IMG/VR virus record: IMGVR_UViG_3300022895_000014 | Coordinates: 1-44,459 of that record | Length of the DNA: 44,459 bases | Reading direction: 5' to 3' (one strand) | From: a virus | Lineage: Duplodnaviria; Caudoviricetes | Translations under genes and position numbers: made by a program | Notes under the pieces: generated by a model | Databases searched by the model: none | What the model saw: the letters and a program-made list of their open reading frames with translations, nothing else | What the model was told of the DNA's origin: nothing | Shown: piece after piece, positions 18,019 through 27,547 of the stretch | Layout: each line of letters starts with the position of its first letter | Numbering within the stretch: the first letter of the stretch is position 1

Positions 18019-18170
18019 GAATGAATAGCATGCGCCTTTAAAAATGATTGCATATGCAACTATTTCACATCAAATGATGTTTATTCTCATTTGGGGTGGG
18101 GGGAGGGGCGAAGGATTTTGAAGGTTTGAACACGAAACCTCGCCCCCTCTCACGCACAGAAAATATCCCC
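18013..18170. other. Probable cos/packaging region
   Basis: Between HNH and terS; inverted repeats and G-rich/C-rich symmetric tracts (18101-18114 vs 18138-18151); exact cut not determinable. Confidence 0.55.
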
Positions 18171-18187
18171 TTTTGGAGGGTGTAAAC

Positions 18188-18676
18188 ATGTTAACAGCCC
18201 AGAAGCGAAAATTTGCTCTGGCGCTGATTTCCGGTATGTCAAAAAAAGATGCGGCAATAAAGGCTGGATATTCGGAGAAATCCGCGCGCTCCAAGGGTTC
18301 GCAGCTTGCTAAAGACCCGGAAGTCATCGCTTTTATTGGCCGCAAAAAGAAAGAAAAAATTGATGTTGATGACGTGCCCACGCATGGAAAAAAAGTTAAT
18401 ACCCCAGCAGTAAAAACAGAGGACGAACCGGAGCCGGAAATCGTCCGTGCGGCAGGTGAATACGATGACCCTCTTGAGTTCCTTAAGTCGGTAATGAATA
18501 GCCGAACTGAAGACATTGATACCCGTAAGGATGCCGCAAAAGCCATGCTTCCTTATATTCACAGCAAAAAAGGTGAGGGTGGCAAGAAGGACGCCAAGCA
18601 GGCAGCCGCTAAAGCCATCGCCAGTAAGTTCACTGGCATGGCACCCCCACAGCTGGTGGTCAGTAACGGGAGATAG
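18188..18676 (+). CDS. terS: Terminase small subunit
   Basis: LTAQKRKFA...AAIKAGYS...A...GSQL; GGAGG RBS. Confidence 0.9.
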   Translation: MLTAQKRKFALALISGMSKKDAAIKAGYSEKSARSKGSQLAKDPEVIAFIGRKKKEKIDVDDVPTHGKKVNTPAVKTEDEPEPEIVRAAGEYDDPLEFLKSVMNSRTEDIDTRKDAAKAMLPYIHSKKGEGGKKDAKQAAAKAIASKFTGMAPPQLVVSNGR

Positions 18677-18679
18677 TAA

Positions 18680-20341
18680 ATGCCGGAATGGTCCACCGCT
18701 TGCGTTGACTGGGCCAGCAGGCTCATCAACCGGGAATCTATCATCCCTCCACCTATTTACAGGGATTCAGGCGAACACGCGCTGTCGATCTTTAAAGAAC
18801 TGCGGGTCACTGACCTGCCCGGTAAGCCAACTTTTGGGGAATGCTCCGAAGAGTGGGTGTTTGATTTTGTGCTGGCGATTTTTGGTGGCTATGACCAGCA
18901 GACCGGGAAACAGATGATCCGTGAGTATGGGTTGCTCATCAGCAAAAAGAACACGAAATCCACTATCGCTGCCGGAATTATGCTGACAGCGCTGATTATC
19001 TGCTGGCGCGCTGATGAAGAACATCTGATCCTTGCGCCGACGAAAGAGGTTGCTGACAACTGCTTCAAACCTGCGGCAAGCATGGTGCGCGAAGATGAAG
19101 AGCTTTCTGCTCTTTTTCATGTTCAGGATCACATTCGCACCATCACACATCGCGTCAACCGCAATAGCCTGAAAGTTGTGGCAGCGGACAGCGACACAGT
19201 ATCCGGTAAAAAGGCCGGACGCATTCTGGTTGAGGAGCTATGGCTGTTCGGCAAGAACGCTAAAGCCGATGCGATGTTTATTGAAGCATTGGGTGGGCAG
19301 GTATCGCGCAATGAGGGTTGGGTCATTTACCTGACCACGCAGAGCGACGAACCGCCTGCAGGCGTGTTCAAGAAAAAGCTGGATTACTGGCGAAACGTCC
19401 GCGACGGTATTATCAAGGATGGCAAAACCCTCGGCATTCTTTACGAGTTCCCGCCAGAAATGGTGGAGAACGAGGGGTTTCGTAATCCTGATAACTTTTA
19501 CATCACTAATCCGAACATGGGCCGCTCAGTCAGCAAAGAGTGGCTGGATGATGAATATCGCAAGCGCTCCCAGGAAGATGAGGGAAGCCTGAGAAAGTTT
19601 CTGGCTAAACACCTGAATGTCGAAATCGGCATGAATCTTCGCGGTGATCGCTGGGCGGGAGCCGAATACTGGGAAGCTCAATCCGATCCCTCCGTTACGT
19701 TCAAGCAAATACTGAGCCGTTGCGAAGTCATTACCGTAGGTATTGACGGCGGCGGACTTGATGACCTTTTAGGCTTGTCCATCGTTGGCAGGGATAAGAA
19801 AACCCGGGAATGGCTGAGCTGGTCGCATGCATGGTGTCATGAAAAGGCGCTGGAACGGCGTAAAAGTGAAGAGAGTAAAATCCGGGACTTTGAAAAACAG
19901 GGTGATGTAACAGTCGTAAAATCGTTTGGTGAAGATGCTGACGAAGTAGCGATGTACGTTTCTCAGATTCACGAAGCCGGTCTCCTGGATAAAGTCGGTA
20001 TGGACCAGGCCAGCGTGGGCGCGCTGCTCGACAGCCTGATTGATGCCGGAATTCCTCAGGAAATGGTGGTGGGTGTCAGTCAGGGCTGGAGGCTCGGCGG
20101 CGCGTGCAAAACTGCAGAACGAAAACTCACCGAGGGCGCGCTTAAACATGCCACTCAGCCACTTATGAACTGGTGTGTGGGCAATGCCAAAGTGGTGATC
20201 AGCGCCAATGCGCCACTGGTAACAAAAGGTGCCAGCGGGATCGGCAAGATAGATCCACTGATGGCGCTGTTTAACGCAATCCATCTGATGGCGCTGAATC
20301 CGGCATCACCTAAAAAAGAATACAGCGTGTTTTTCATTTAG
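18680..20341 (+). CDS. terL: Terminase large subunit
   Basis: KKNTKST Walker A variant, LVEELW, GIDGGGLDDL, KIDPLMA. Confidence 0.93.
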   Translation: MPEWSTACVDWASRLINRESIIPPPIYRDSGEHALSIFKELRVTDLPGKPTFGECSEEWVFDFVLAIFGGYDQQTGKQMIREYGLLISKKNTKSTIAAGIMLTALIICWRADEEHLILAPTKEVADNCFKPAASMVREDEELSALFHVQDHIRTITHRVNRNSLKVVAADSDTVSGKKAGRILVEELWLFGKNAKADAMFIEALGGQVSRNEGWVIYLTTQSDEPPAGVFKKKLDYWRNVRDGIIKDGKTLGILYEFPPEMVENEGFRNPDNFYITNPNMGRSVSKEWLDDEYRKRSQEDEGSLRKFLAKHLNVEIGMNLRGDRWAGAEYWEAQSDPSVTFKQILSRCEVITVGIDGGGLDDLLGLSIVGRDKKTREWLSWSHAWCHEKALERRKSEESKIRDFEKQGDVTVVKSFGEDADEVAMYVSQIHEAGLLDKVGMDQASVGALLDSLIDAGIPQEMVVGVSQGWRLGGACKTAERKLTEGALKHATQPLMNWCVGNAKVVISANAPLVTKGASGIGKIDPLMALFNAIHLMALNPASPKKEYSVFFI

Positions 20342-20398
20342 AAATTCCGCTCTTAACGACCCGCTCAGGCGGGTTTTTTCGTTTCTGGAGAAAGGGAA

Positions 20399-22336
20399 AT
20401 GAAGAATCAGCACGCCGTCAGCCTTCTGATGGTTAAAGCCGTGAACGAGGATACGCGGGAAATCACCGGTATCGCGACCACGCCGTCACCGGATCGCTAT
20501 GGCGATATTGTGATGCCCGAAGGGGCGAAATTCCAGTTGCCAATCCCGCTGCTGTGGCAGCACGACCACCAATCGCCCATTGGTCAGGTTACCAGTGCAA
20601 AGGTTACCGCTGAGGGGATCGAAATCAAAGCCAAGCTTGCACAGGCAGATGCCCCAAGCCAGCTGGCAGCACGACTTGAAGAGGCATGGCAGAGTATCCG
20701 CCTTGGGCTTGTTAAAGGCTTGTCGATTGGTTTTCGTCCAATCGAATACGCCTATATCGATGAGGGAGGCGTCCGCTTTACTAGCTGGGAGTGGTATGAA
20801 CTCTCCGTCGTAACGGTACCGGCTAACGCCGAAGGCACGATTCAGGCAGTTAAATCTATCGATGACAAGCTGCGTGCCGCGTCAGGCAAAGAGCAGAAAG
20901 AATCGAAAATTACTATTTCCGCTGGCGCTACAGCACCTAAAAATTCTCAGACTAAAGGATTCAAAATGAACATTGCAGAACAGATTAAATCGTTCGAAAC
21001 AAAGCGCGCAACACTGGATGCATCGCGCCAGGCGGTGATGGAAAAATCCTTCGAAGAAGGCCGTACCCTGGACGCTGAAGAGGAAGAAAAATACGACGAG
21101 CTCACCACCGAGATCAAAAGCGTTGATTCCCATCTTGGCCGCCTGCGCGATTTGGAAGCGACAAAGGCTACTACAGCACAGCCCGTCAGTAAGGCTGCGA
21201 ACGGCACCGTGATCAACACTGCTTCAAACCGCGCGCCTGGAGTGATTCGGGTTGAACAGAAACTGGAGAAAGGCATTGGGTTTGCTCGCTTTGCAAAATG
21301 CCTGGCAGCAGCAAACGGAAGCCGCAGCGATGCGCTGGAAATTGCAAAAGCTCAGTATCAGGATGACGCAAAGTTGCATCATGTCATCAAGGCCGCTGTT
21401 GGTGCAGGTTCTACCACTGATCCCAAATGGGCAGGTAGCCTGGTTGAATATCAGGAGTACGCACAGGATTTCATTGAATTCCTGCGTCCTCAGACTGTAA
21501 TCGGTCGTTTTGGTCAGGGGAACATCCCATCTCTTCGCAGCGTGCCGTTTAATGTCCGTATTCCTGCACAGACATCTGGTGGTTCAGCCGGTTGGGTAGG
21601 CCAGGGCAAAGCCAAGCCACTGACCAAGTTCGATTTTGAATCCATCACCTTCGGCTTTGCGAAAGTGGCTGCAATTGCGGTTCTGACGGACGAATTAATC
21701 CGTTTCTCAAACCCTGCAGCAGATGCACTTGTGCGTAACGCGCTTGCAGAAGCAGTCGTTGCGCGTCTCGATACGGACTTTATCGACCCGGCCAAAGCGG
21801 AAGTTGCTGGTGTATCTCCAGCGTCTATCACAAATGGCATTGCAGGCATCCCGTCAACAGGCTTGCCGGATGATGATGCAGCTGCCGCATTTGCGACATT
21901 CGTTACTGCAAACCTTCAGCCAACGGGTGCCGTATGGCTCATGTCCAGTACAACTGCGCTCTCGTTATCTATGCGCAAAAACGCACTTGGACAGAAAGAG
22001 TATCCGGAAATGACCATGCTGGGCGGTACATTCCAGGGCCTCCCGGTAATTGTCTCTCAGTACGTGGGTAACCAGCTTATTCTGGTCAATGCCCCGGATA
22101 TTTATCTCGCAGATGATGGCGGTGTCGCGGTGGATATGTCGCGCGAAGCCTCTCTCGAAATGGAAAGTGCACCAACTGGCGACAGCATGACGCCGACGCC
22201 AGTTGAGATGGTCTCCATGTTCCAGACCAACAGCGTAGCGATTCGTGCAGAGCGCTGGATTAACTGGAAACGTCGTCGTACGGCAGCGGTAGCGGTGATT
22301 ACTGGCGTTAACTACAGCTCTCAGGCTGGCAGCTAA
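20399..22336 (+). CDS. Fused HK97-type prohead protease / major capsid protein
   Basis: LWQHD, GLSIGF, ELSVVTVPAN protease motifs, then coiled-coil delta domain and HK97 capsid. Confidence 0.93.
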   Translation: MKNQHAVSLLMVKAVNEDTREITGIATTPSPDRYGDIVMPEGAKFQLPIPLLWQHDHQSPIGQVTSAKVTAEGIEIKAKLAQADAPSQLAARLEEAWQSIRLGLVKGLSIGFRPIEYAYIDEGGVRFTSWEWYELSVVTVPANAEGTIQAVKSIDDKLRAASGKEQKESKITISAGATAPKNSQTKGFKMNIAEQIKSFETKRATLDASRQAVMEKSFEEGRTLDAEEEEKYDELTTEIKSVDSHLGRLRDLEATKATTAQPVSKAANGTVINTASNRAPGVIRVEQKLEKGIGFARFAKCLAAANGSRSDALEIAKAQYQDDAKLHHVIKAAVGAGSTTDPKWAGSLVEYQEYAQDFIEFLRPQTVIGRFGQGNIPSLRSVPFNVRIPAQTSGGSAGWVGQGKAKPLTKFDFESITFGFAKVAAIAVLTDELIRFSNPAADALVRNALAEAVVARLDTDFIDPAKAEVAGVSPASITNGIAGIPSTGLPDDDAAAAFATFVTANLQPTGAVWLMSSTTALSLSMRKNALGQKEYPEMTMLGGTFQGLPVIVSQYVGNQLILVNAPDIYLADDGGVAVDMSREASLEMESAPTGDSMTPTPVEMVSMFQTNSVAIRAERWINWKRRRTAAVAVITGVNYSSQAGS

Positions 22337-22370
22337 GGAGATGCGGGGAGAAATCCCCGCTCTTTTGTCT

Positions 22371-22526
22371 ATGAAACAGGTTCGTTATCTGAAAAGCACC
22401 CATGATGCCTATGCGGGTGAAAAACGCTTTCTGCGTGACGATCACGCTGAGGTTCTCCGCTTAACCGGCCATGTCGAATTTATCGATATTGTCGAAAAGA
22501 AGGCTAAGAGCCAGAAAAAGAATTGA
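22371..22526 (+). CDS. Small head-region protein
   Basis: ORF between capsid and portal; start may be 22341 or 22371. Confidence 0.6.
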   Translation: MKQVRYLKSTHDAYAGEKRFLRDDHAEVLRLTGHVEFIDIVEKKAKSQKKN

Positions 22527-22545
22527 CGCTCAGGAGAAGCAGCCA

Positions 22546-23904
22546 ATGTTCGGTTTCCGTAAAAAGCCCAAGGAAGAAAAGGCGCTTCAGGCTGCGAATA
22601 GTGGCGGCTGGCGCAAAATTTTTGAGTCTTTTACCGGAGCATGGCAGAGAAACATCGAGGTCGATGCCACTACGGTTCTTGCATATCACGCCGTGTTTTC
22701 ATGTATATCACTCATCTCAGCAGATATCGCTAAGATGCCGCTTCTACTTAAAAAGAAGCTGAACAGTGGCATTTGGGCGGATCATAGCGATATCAGAATT
22801 TCACCACTTTTGAGGAAGCCCAACAGCTTCCAGACCCGCATGCAGTTCTTTGAAAACTGGATGAATTCCAAACTTTCAGATGGCAATACTTACGTCCTGA
22901 AGTTAAGGGATGAAAACGGGATTGTTAAGCAGCTGCGCGTTCTGGACTTCAATAAAGTGACACCGTATGTGACAGATGACGGTGAAATTTTCTATCAGGT
23001 GAGGCCTGATAATGTTCACGGTCTTGAGCAGCAGGTGATGGTTCCGGCGCGTGAAATCATCCATGACCGTTTTAACTGTTTCTTTCACCCGTTGTGCGGC
23101 CTGTCGCCGATATATGCGTGTGGACTCACCGCAATGCAAGGTGATGCCATCCTGACTAATTCGGCTAACCATTTCAAAAATGGTGGCAAGCCAGGGGGTG
23201 TCATTACCGTTCCGGGGGCAGTTGATCAGGACAAGGCGCGGGAAATAAAACAGAGCTGGGATGAAGGTTATTCCGGCGCTAACGCAGGCAAAACAGGTTT
23301 ACTTGCGGATGGAGCATCTTTTGCCACCATAGCGATGACAGCCGTTGATGCGCAGATGGTAGAGCAGCTGAAGCTTACTGCTGAGATTATCTGCGCCACA
23401 TTTCATGTGCCGATTTACAAGGTTAACTCGGCGGCCACACCTTCTTATAACAATATCGAAGCGCTGGATCAGGGTTACTACTCCCAGTGCCTTCAGACGC
23501 ATATTGAAGCCATCGAATTGCTGCTTGATGAGTCATTTGAACTCGATGAGAAGACCGGCATTGAGATGGACCTGAACACGTTGATCCGCATGGATACCGA
23601 AGGGCGCTATAAAACCTATAGCGAGGCAATTGGTGCGGGCTGGCTTGCGCCGAATCAGGCGCGTAAAAACGAAAACATGCTGCCGGTTGAAGGCGGTGAT
23701 ACGCCGTATTTACAGCAGCAAAACTTTGCGCTTTCTGCCCTGGCTAAAAGGGATGGCAGCGAAAACCCGTTTGGCAGAATTTCACAGCCAGAGGTCACTC
23801 CCGTGCCTGAAAAACTCCCTGAAGATGACAACAGCAAGGCGCTGTCTGATCATGAGCAGTTCATGGTTAAGGCAATGCTGAAAGGACTGCTTACCCATGA
23901 ATGA
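22546..23904 (+). CDS. HK97-family portal protein
   Basis: VFSCISLIS.DIA, GNTY, GLSPI, PNQARK.EN..P..GGD; AGGAG RBS. Confidence 0.93.
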   Translation: MFGFRKKPKEEKALQAANSGGWRKIFESFTGAWQRNIEVDATTVLAYHAVFSCISLISADIAKMPLLLKKKLNSGIWADHSDIRISPLLRKPNSFQTRMQFFENWMNSKLSDGNTYVLKLRDENGIVKQLRVLDFNKVTPYVTDDGEIFYQVRPDNVHGLEQQVMVPAREIIHDRFNCFFHPLCGLSPIYACGLTAMQGDAILTNSANHFKNGGKPGGVITVPGAVDQDKAREIKQSWDEGYSGANAGKTGLLADGASFATIAMTAVDAQMVEQLKLTAEIICATFHVPIYKVNSAATPSYNNIEALDQGYYSQCLQTHIEAIELLLDESFELDEKTGIEMDLNTLIRMDTEGRYKTYSEAIGAGWLAPNQARKNENMLPVEGGDTPYLQQQNFALSALAKRDGSENPFGRISQPEVTPVPEKLPEDDNSKALSDHEQFMVKAMLKGLLTHE

Positions 23905-24760
23905 ACGTGACATGTCACTGCTAAAAGCTGTTAGCGAAGCAGTAAAGGAACAACTTTCAGCGTTACAGGAAAAGTATTTATCGGAATTGAAAGAGCAGTC
24001 CGATGAATTATCCCGCCTTAGAAACCTTGTTGAAGAACATAAGAAATCAGTTCCGGAAATGGATTCTGTTGTCAGAAGCGTGCTGGAAAAAATTACGGTG
24101 CCAGCCGCGCCTGAGCTGCCTGATATCGGTAAAATGGTTAATGATGCAGTGGCGGAAATACCCGCTCCTGTTGCACCTGCGCCTCCTGAACTACCCGATA
24201 TTGCGAAAATGGTTCGGGATGCCGTAGCTGATGTTGAAATTCCAAAACCTGCTCCGCATCCTGATATAGCGAAAATGGTGAAGGATGCGGTAGCGGAACT
24301 ACCCAAGCCAACAGATGGAGAGCCCGGTGAAGACGGCAAGGATGCGCTTCAGTTAGAAATCATGCCTGAGATTTTTCCTGAGAAATCCTATCCGCGTGGC
24401 AGCTACGCTATCCATTCAGGCGGGCTGTGGCGTTCCTATCAGAAAACAGCAGGCATGACCGGCTGGGAATGCCTGGTAGACGGAATCAGTTCTATCGACA
24501 TCAGCCAGAGCGATGAACGCCATTTCACTGTGGTGGCTACGAAATCCAGCGGTGAAAAAACAGAAAAATCCTTCTCTGTCCCGGTGATGATTTACCGGGA
24601 TATCTTCAAGGAGGGCCAGAAATATTACCCTGGTGACAGCGTGACGTGGGGCGGTTCAGTCTGGTATTGCCATCTCGAAACGGGTGATAAGCCCGGTGAG
24701 GCCGGATCGAAGGGCTGGAAGCTGGCTGTGAAGCGTGGTCGCGATGCGAGGGTTAAGTGA
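23897..24760 (+). CDS. Head-region protein: coiled coil, Pro-rich repeats, C-terminal aromatic beta modules
   Basis: PDI.KMV.DAVA x3, DGEPGEDGKD, YYPGDSVTWGGSVWYC. Confidence 0.75.
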   Translation: MNERDMSLLKAVSEAVKEQLSALQEKYLSELKEQSDELSRLRNLVEEHKKSVPEMDSVVRSVLEKITVPAAPELPDIGKMVNDAVAEIPAPVAPAPPELPDIAKMVRDAVADVEIPKPAPHPDIAKMVKDAVAELPKPTDGEPGEDGKDALQLEIMPEIFPEKSYPRGSYAIHSGGLWRSYQKTAGMTGWECLVDGISSIDISQSDERHFTVVATKSSGEKTEKSFSVPVMIYRDIFKEGQKYYPGDSVTWGGSVWYCHLETGDKPGEAGSKGWKLAVKRGRDARVK

Positions 24761-25089
24761 TGCTTGAATTTGTGACGCTTGAAGAAGCGAAAGCACATCT
24801 GAGAGTGGATACCGATGCCGGTGACGACGATCTCCAGCTGAAAATCTATTCTGCCAGCGCCGCTGTGTTTGATTTCATTCAGGGCAGTCGTGAAAAGTTG
24901 ATTGGGGATGACGGCAAGATCATCACTGATTCGCCAGAGCTGCAGCGCGTGAAGCAGGCAACCCTGATTCTGATTGGCATTCTTGACCGCGTACGCGGCG
25001 GGGAAGAGGAAAGCCAGTTGAAGCCGGGGGAGTTGCCTTATTCTGTAACCTCCCTGATTTACTCACTGAGAAAGCCAACGGTGGTTTGA
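24757..25089 (+). CDS. Head-tail connector (HK97 gp6-like)
   Basis: VTLEEAKAHLRVD. Confidence 0.88.
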   Translation: MMLEFVTLEEAKAHLRVDTDAGDDDLQLKIYSASAAVFDFIQGSREKLIGDDGKIITDSPELQRVKQATLILIGILDRVRGGEEESQLKPGELPYSVTSLIYSLRKPTVV

Positions 25090-25099
25090 CGGGGGATTC

Positions 25100-25438
25100 A
25101 TGCAAGCTGGCCGCCTTAACGAAAGAGTAACTATTCAAAATTTCATCACCATCCGCCTTCCATCAGGACAACCAGACAAAGAATGGAGTGATGGAAGAAC
25201 GATCTGGGCTGAAGTGCGTGGAGTGAGTGGTCGTGAACTGATTGCATCTGGTGCAGAGATGGGGGAGGCGACCATAAGGGTCTGGACCCGGATCACTGAT
25301 GACATAACCTCAGCATCAAGAATAAGATGCGAATCAGGTGGTTTTAAGGGATCAACTCTGGATGTTGTCGCCCCGCCAATTCCAGATGCAAAAAATGACC
25401 GGATGGAAATTTTGTGCAAGCTGGGAGTGAAATCATGA
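25100..25438 (+). CDS. Head closure / head-tail adaptor
   Basis: MQAGRLNERVTIQ, WAEV. Confidence 0.88.
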   Translation: MQAGRLNERVTIQNFITIRLPSGQPDKEWSDGRTIWAEVRGVSGRELIASGAEMGEATIRVWTRITDDITSASRIRCESGGFKGSTLDVVAPPIPDAKNDRMEILCKLGVKS

Positions 25439-25881
25439 TCACCACTGATTTAGATTTTTCCGGACTTGCAGATTTATCTCGCGACCTTGAATTGCTTAGT
25501 AAAGCTGAAAGCAGGCAGGTTCTGAGGCGAGCAGTCAGGGCTGGTGCAGAGTTGGTAGCTGAAGAAGTCGCTAATACTGCACCTGAGAAAACCGGGAAAT
25601 TAAAAAGAAACATTGTTGTTCTTTTTGGTAAGGGAGCTCCCGGTACCGCGCTTGCTGGTGTCCATATTCGTGGGGTGAATCCTGAAACGGGAAATAGTGA
25701 CAATAAATTAAAAACATCGTCTCCGAATAATGCTTTTTACTGGCGATTCCTTGAGGAAGGCACTTCAAAAATGCCAGCACATCCTTTCGTCCGCCCGGCA
25801 TATGACCGCAAGCAGGAAGAGGCATCTGCGGCTGCATTTGCGGAAATGATCAAAGCGATAGATGGGGTGCTAAGCAAATGA
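25435..25881 (+). CDS. HK97 gp10-family tail completion protein
   Basis: AFYWRFLEEGTSKMPAHPFVRPA. Confidence 0.88.
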   Translation: MITTDLDFSGLADLSRDLELLSKAESRQVLRRAVRAGAELVAEEVANTAPEKTGKLKRNIVVLFGKGAPGTALAGVHIRGVNPETGNSDNKLKTSSPNNAFYWRFLEEGTSKMPAHPFVRPAYDRKQEEASAAAFAEMIKAIDGVLSK

Positions 25882-26225
25882 CCGAGTCACACATTTATCA
25901 GCTGATTAGCGGGCTTGCTGGGGGGCAGGTTTATCCCTACGTTGTCCCGCTGAATGCTGAGGGAGAGCCTTCAGTCAGTCCTCCCTGGGTGGTTTTCACG
26001 ATCGTCAGCGAAATATTCAGCGATACGCTGTGCGGCCCTGCGGAAGAAGACGGCACGCTGCAGGTTGACGTATATGCATTGACCACGGATGAGGCAAGAA
26101 ACATTCGTGAACAGGCGGTAAACGCTTTGTCGCCCCTCTATTTTTCAGAGATGCGAAAGAGAAATGGTTTCGAGCCTGACACAGGCTTATTCCGCGCAAC
26201 GCTGGAAATTCAGAGCCAGCAATAA
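25878..26225 (+). CDS. Tail terminator (DUF3168-like)
   Basis: LQVDVYA; synteny. Confidence 0.8.
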   Translation: MTESHIYQLISGLAGGQVYPYVVPLNAEGEPSVSPPWVVFTIVSEIFSDTLCGPAEEDGTLQVDVYALTTDEARNIREQAVNALSPLYFSEMRKRNGFEPDTGLFRATLEIQSQQ

Positions 26226-26280
26226 TCCAACCCATCAATCACGACCGGCGCAAGCCGGTTTTTTTTCGCCTGGAGAAAAC

Positions 26281-26751
26281 ATGAGCAGCAAATATGAAGT
26301 AACAAAGGGGATGACTTTTGCCGTCTCTGCCGCGCCAGTAAGTGCAGAAGACTTTACGGACTCCGGTTTTCCATCTAACAGCGTTAGCTGGCTGGAAGCT
26401 GCCTGCGCCACAAAAGAGATCAGCTACACAGGTGGTCAGAAAGGTGACATTGACGTTACCACGCTTTGCTCCACTGAACAGGAGCAAACCAACGGTCTCG
26501 CCGCTCCGGCTGAGATGAGCATTACGCGTAACTGGGTCGGTGATGAAGAGGCTCAGCAGGCACTGCAAACCGCCTATGAAAACGATGAGTTGCGCGCGCT
26601 GCGCGTTGTTTTCGCATCAGGCAATGGTTTTTATGTGCTGGTCGAAGTGCGTCAGAGCTCCTGGTCTGCGGCCACATCGTCAGTCGTAGGTGCTACCTAC
26701 TCGCTGCGCGTGCGTGGCAAGCCGAAGCCAATTATTGCTTCAGGCTCATAA
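26281..26751 (+). CDS. Major tail tube protein
   Basis: GGQKGDIDVTTLCS; GGAG RBS before ATG 26281; synteny. Confidence 0.88.
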   Translation: MSSKYEVTKGMTFAVSAAPVSAEDFTDSGFPSNSVSWLEAACATKEISYTGGQKGDIDVTTLCSTEQEQTNGLAAPAEMSITRNWVGDEEAQQALQTAYENDELRALRVVFASGNGFYVLVEVRQSSWSAATSSVVGATYSLRVRGKPKPIIASGS

Positions 26752-26806
26752 GCGGCTCCGGCCGCTTTTCTTTTATCCGCAATAATCCGCTCACTGAGAA
26801 TATGAA

Positions 26807-27217
26807 ATGTCGAATACCGAAAAAACCACTGCATCACCGGCTTCATTACGCGCTCTGGCGCTTGCTCCATCGTCAGGGTTTCGTTCAAAAGTAATTACCG
26901 TCCCTGAATGGGATAACGCAAAAGTGATGCTGCGTGAGCCGTCCGGCGAAGCGTGGATGCGCTTTCGCGAAATTATGTCACCGGAACTGGCGGAGGGTGA
27001 AACAGAACCCAAGCTGACACCGCAGGAAACGTTTCTTCGTAACAAGAGCGCAGACGTGGTGATGCTCATTGATGTTCTGCTCGATGAGAACGGCGATCGT
27101 GTTTTCAGTGATGAAGACGAGTCCATTGTTTCCGAAATCTATGGTCCGGTGCATACCCGCCTTCTTAATCAGGCGCTGAAGTTGGGCATCTCACAGGAAA
27201 CCGCAGAGGCAAAGTAA
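26807..27217 (+). CDS. Tail assembly chaperone (G-like)
   Basis: VPEW...V.LREPS; between tube and tape measure. Confidence 0.85.
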   Translation: MSNTEKTTASPASLRALALAPSSGFRSKVITVPEWDNAKVMLREPSGEAWMRFREIMSPELAEGETEPKLTPQETFLRNKSADVVMLIDVLLDENGDRVFSDEDESIVSEIYGPVHTRLLNQALKLGISQETAEAK

Positions 27218-27504
27218 AAGAGCCGCTGACTTTCTTCCTGATGACTCTGGCGCTGCGACTTGGGCGAACTCTCAAAGAAATTCGCGAAACGCTCAGCGCC
27301 AGTGAGCTGAAAATGTGGCTCGCCTATGACCGCCTCAGCCCTATTGGGGACTTTCGCGGTGATATTCAGGCTGCGCAGATTTCCGCTGCCGTACTCAATT
27401 CGCAGGGCGCTAAAACAACCATCAGCGATTTGCAGCTGAAGTGGGGCGAAGCAGAAGAAGAGAAAGAAACCAGCGGCCTTGAAGTCTGGATGGCGGGGCT
27501 ATGA
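27214..27504 (+). CDS. Chaperone frameshift extension (T-like)
   Basis: -1 frame open from the G-GCA-AAG site at the end of G; LALRLGRTL. Confidence 0.75.
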   Translation, partial: VKEPLTFFLMTLALRLGRTLKEIRETLSASELKMWLAYDRLSPIGDFRGDIQAAQISAAVLNSQGAKTTISDLQLKWGEAEEEKETSGLEVWMAGL

Positions 27505-27547
27505 AATATTTGAGGCAGCTGTTAACCTCCGAAAAAAAGGAGGATTT

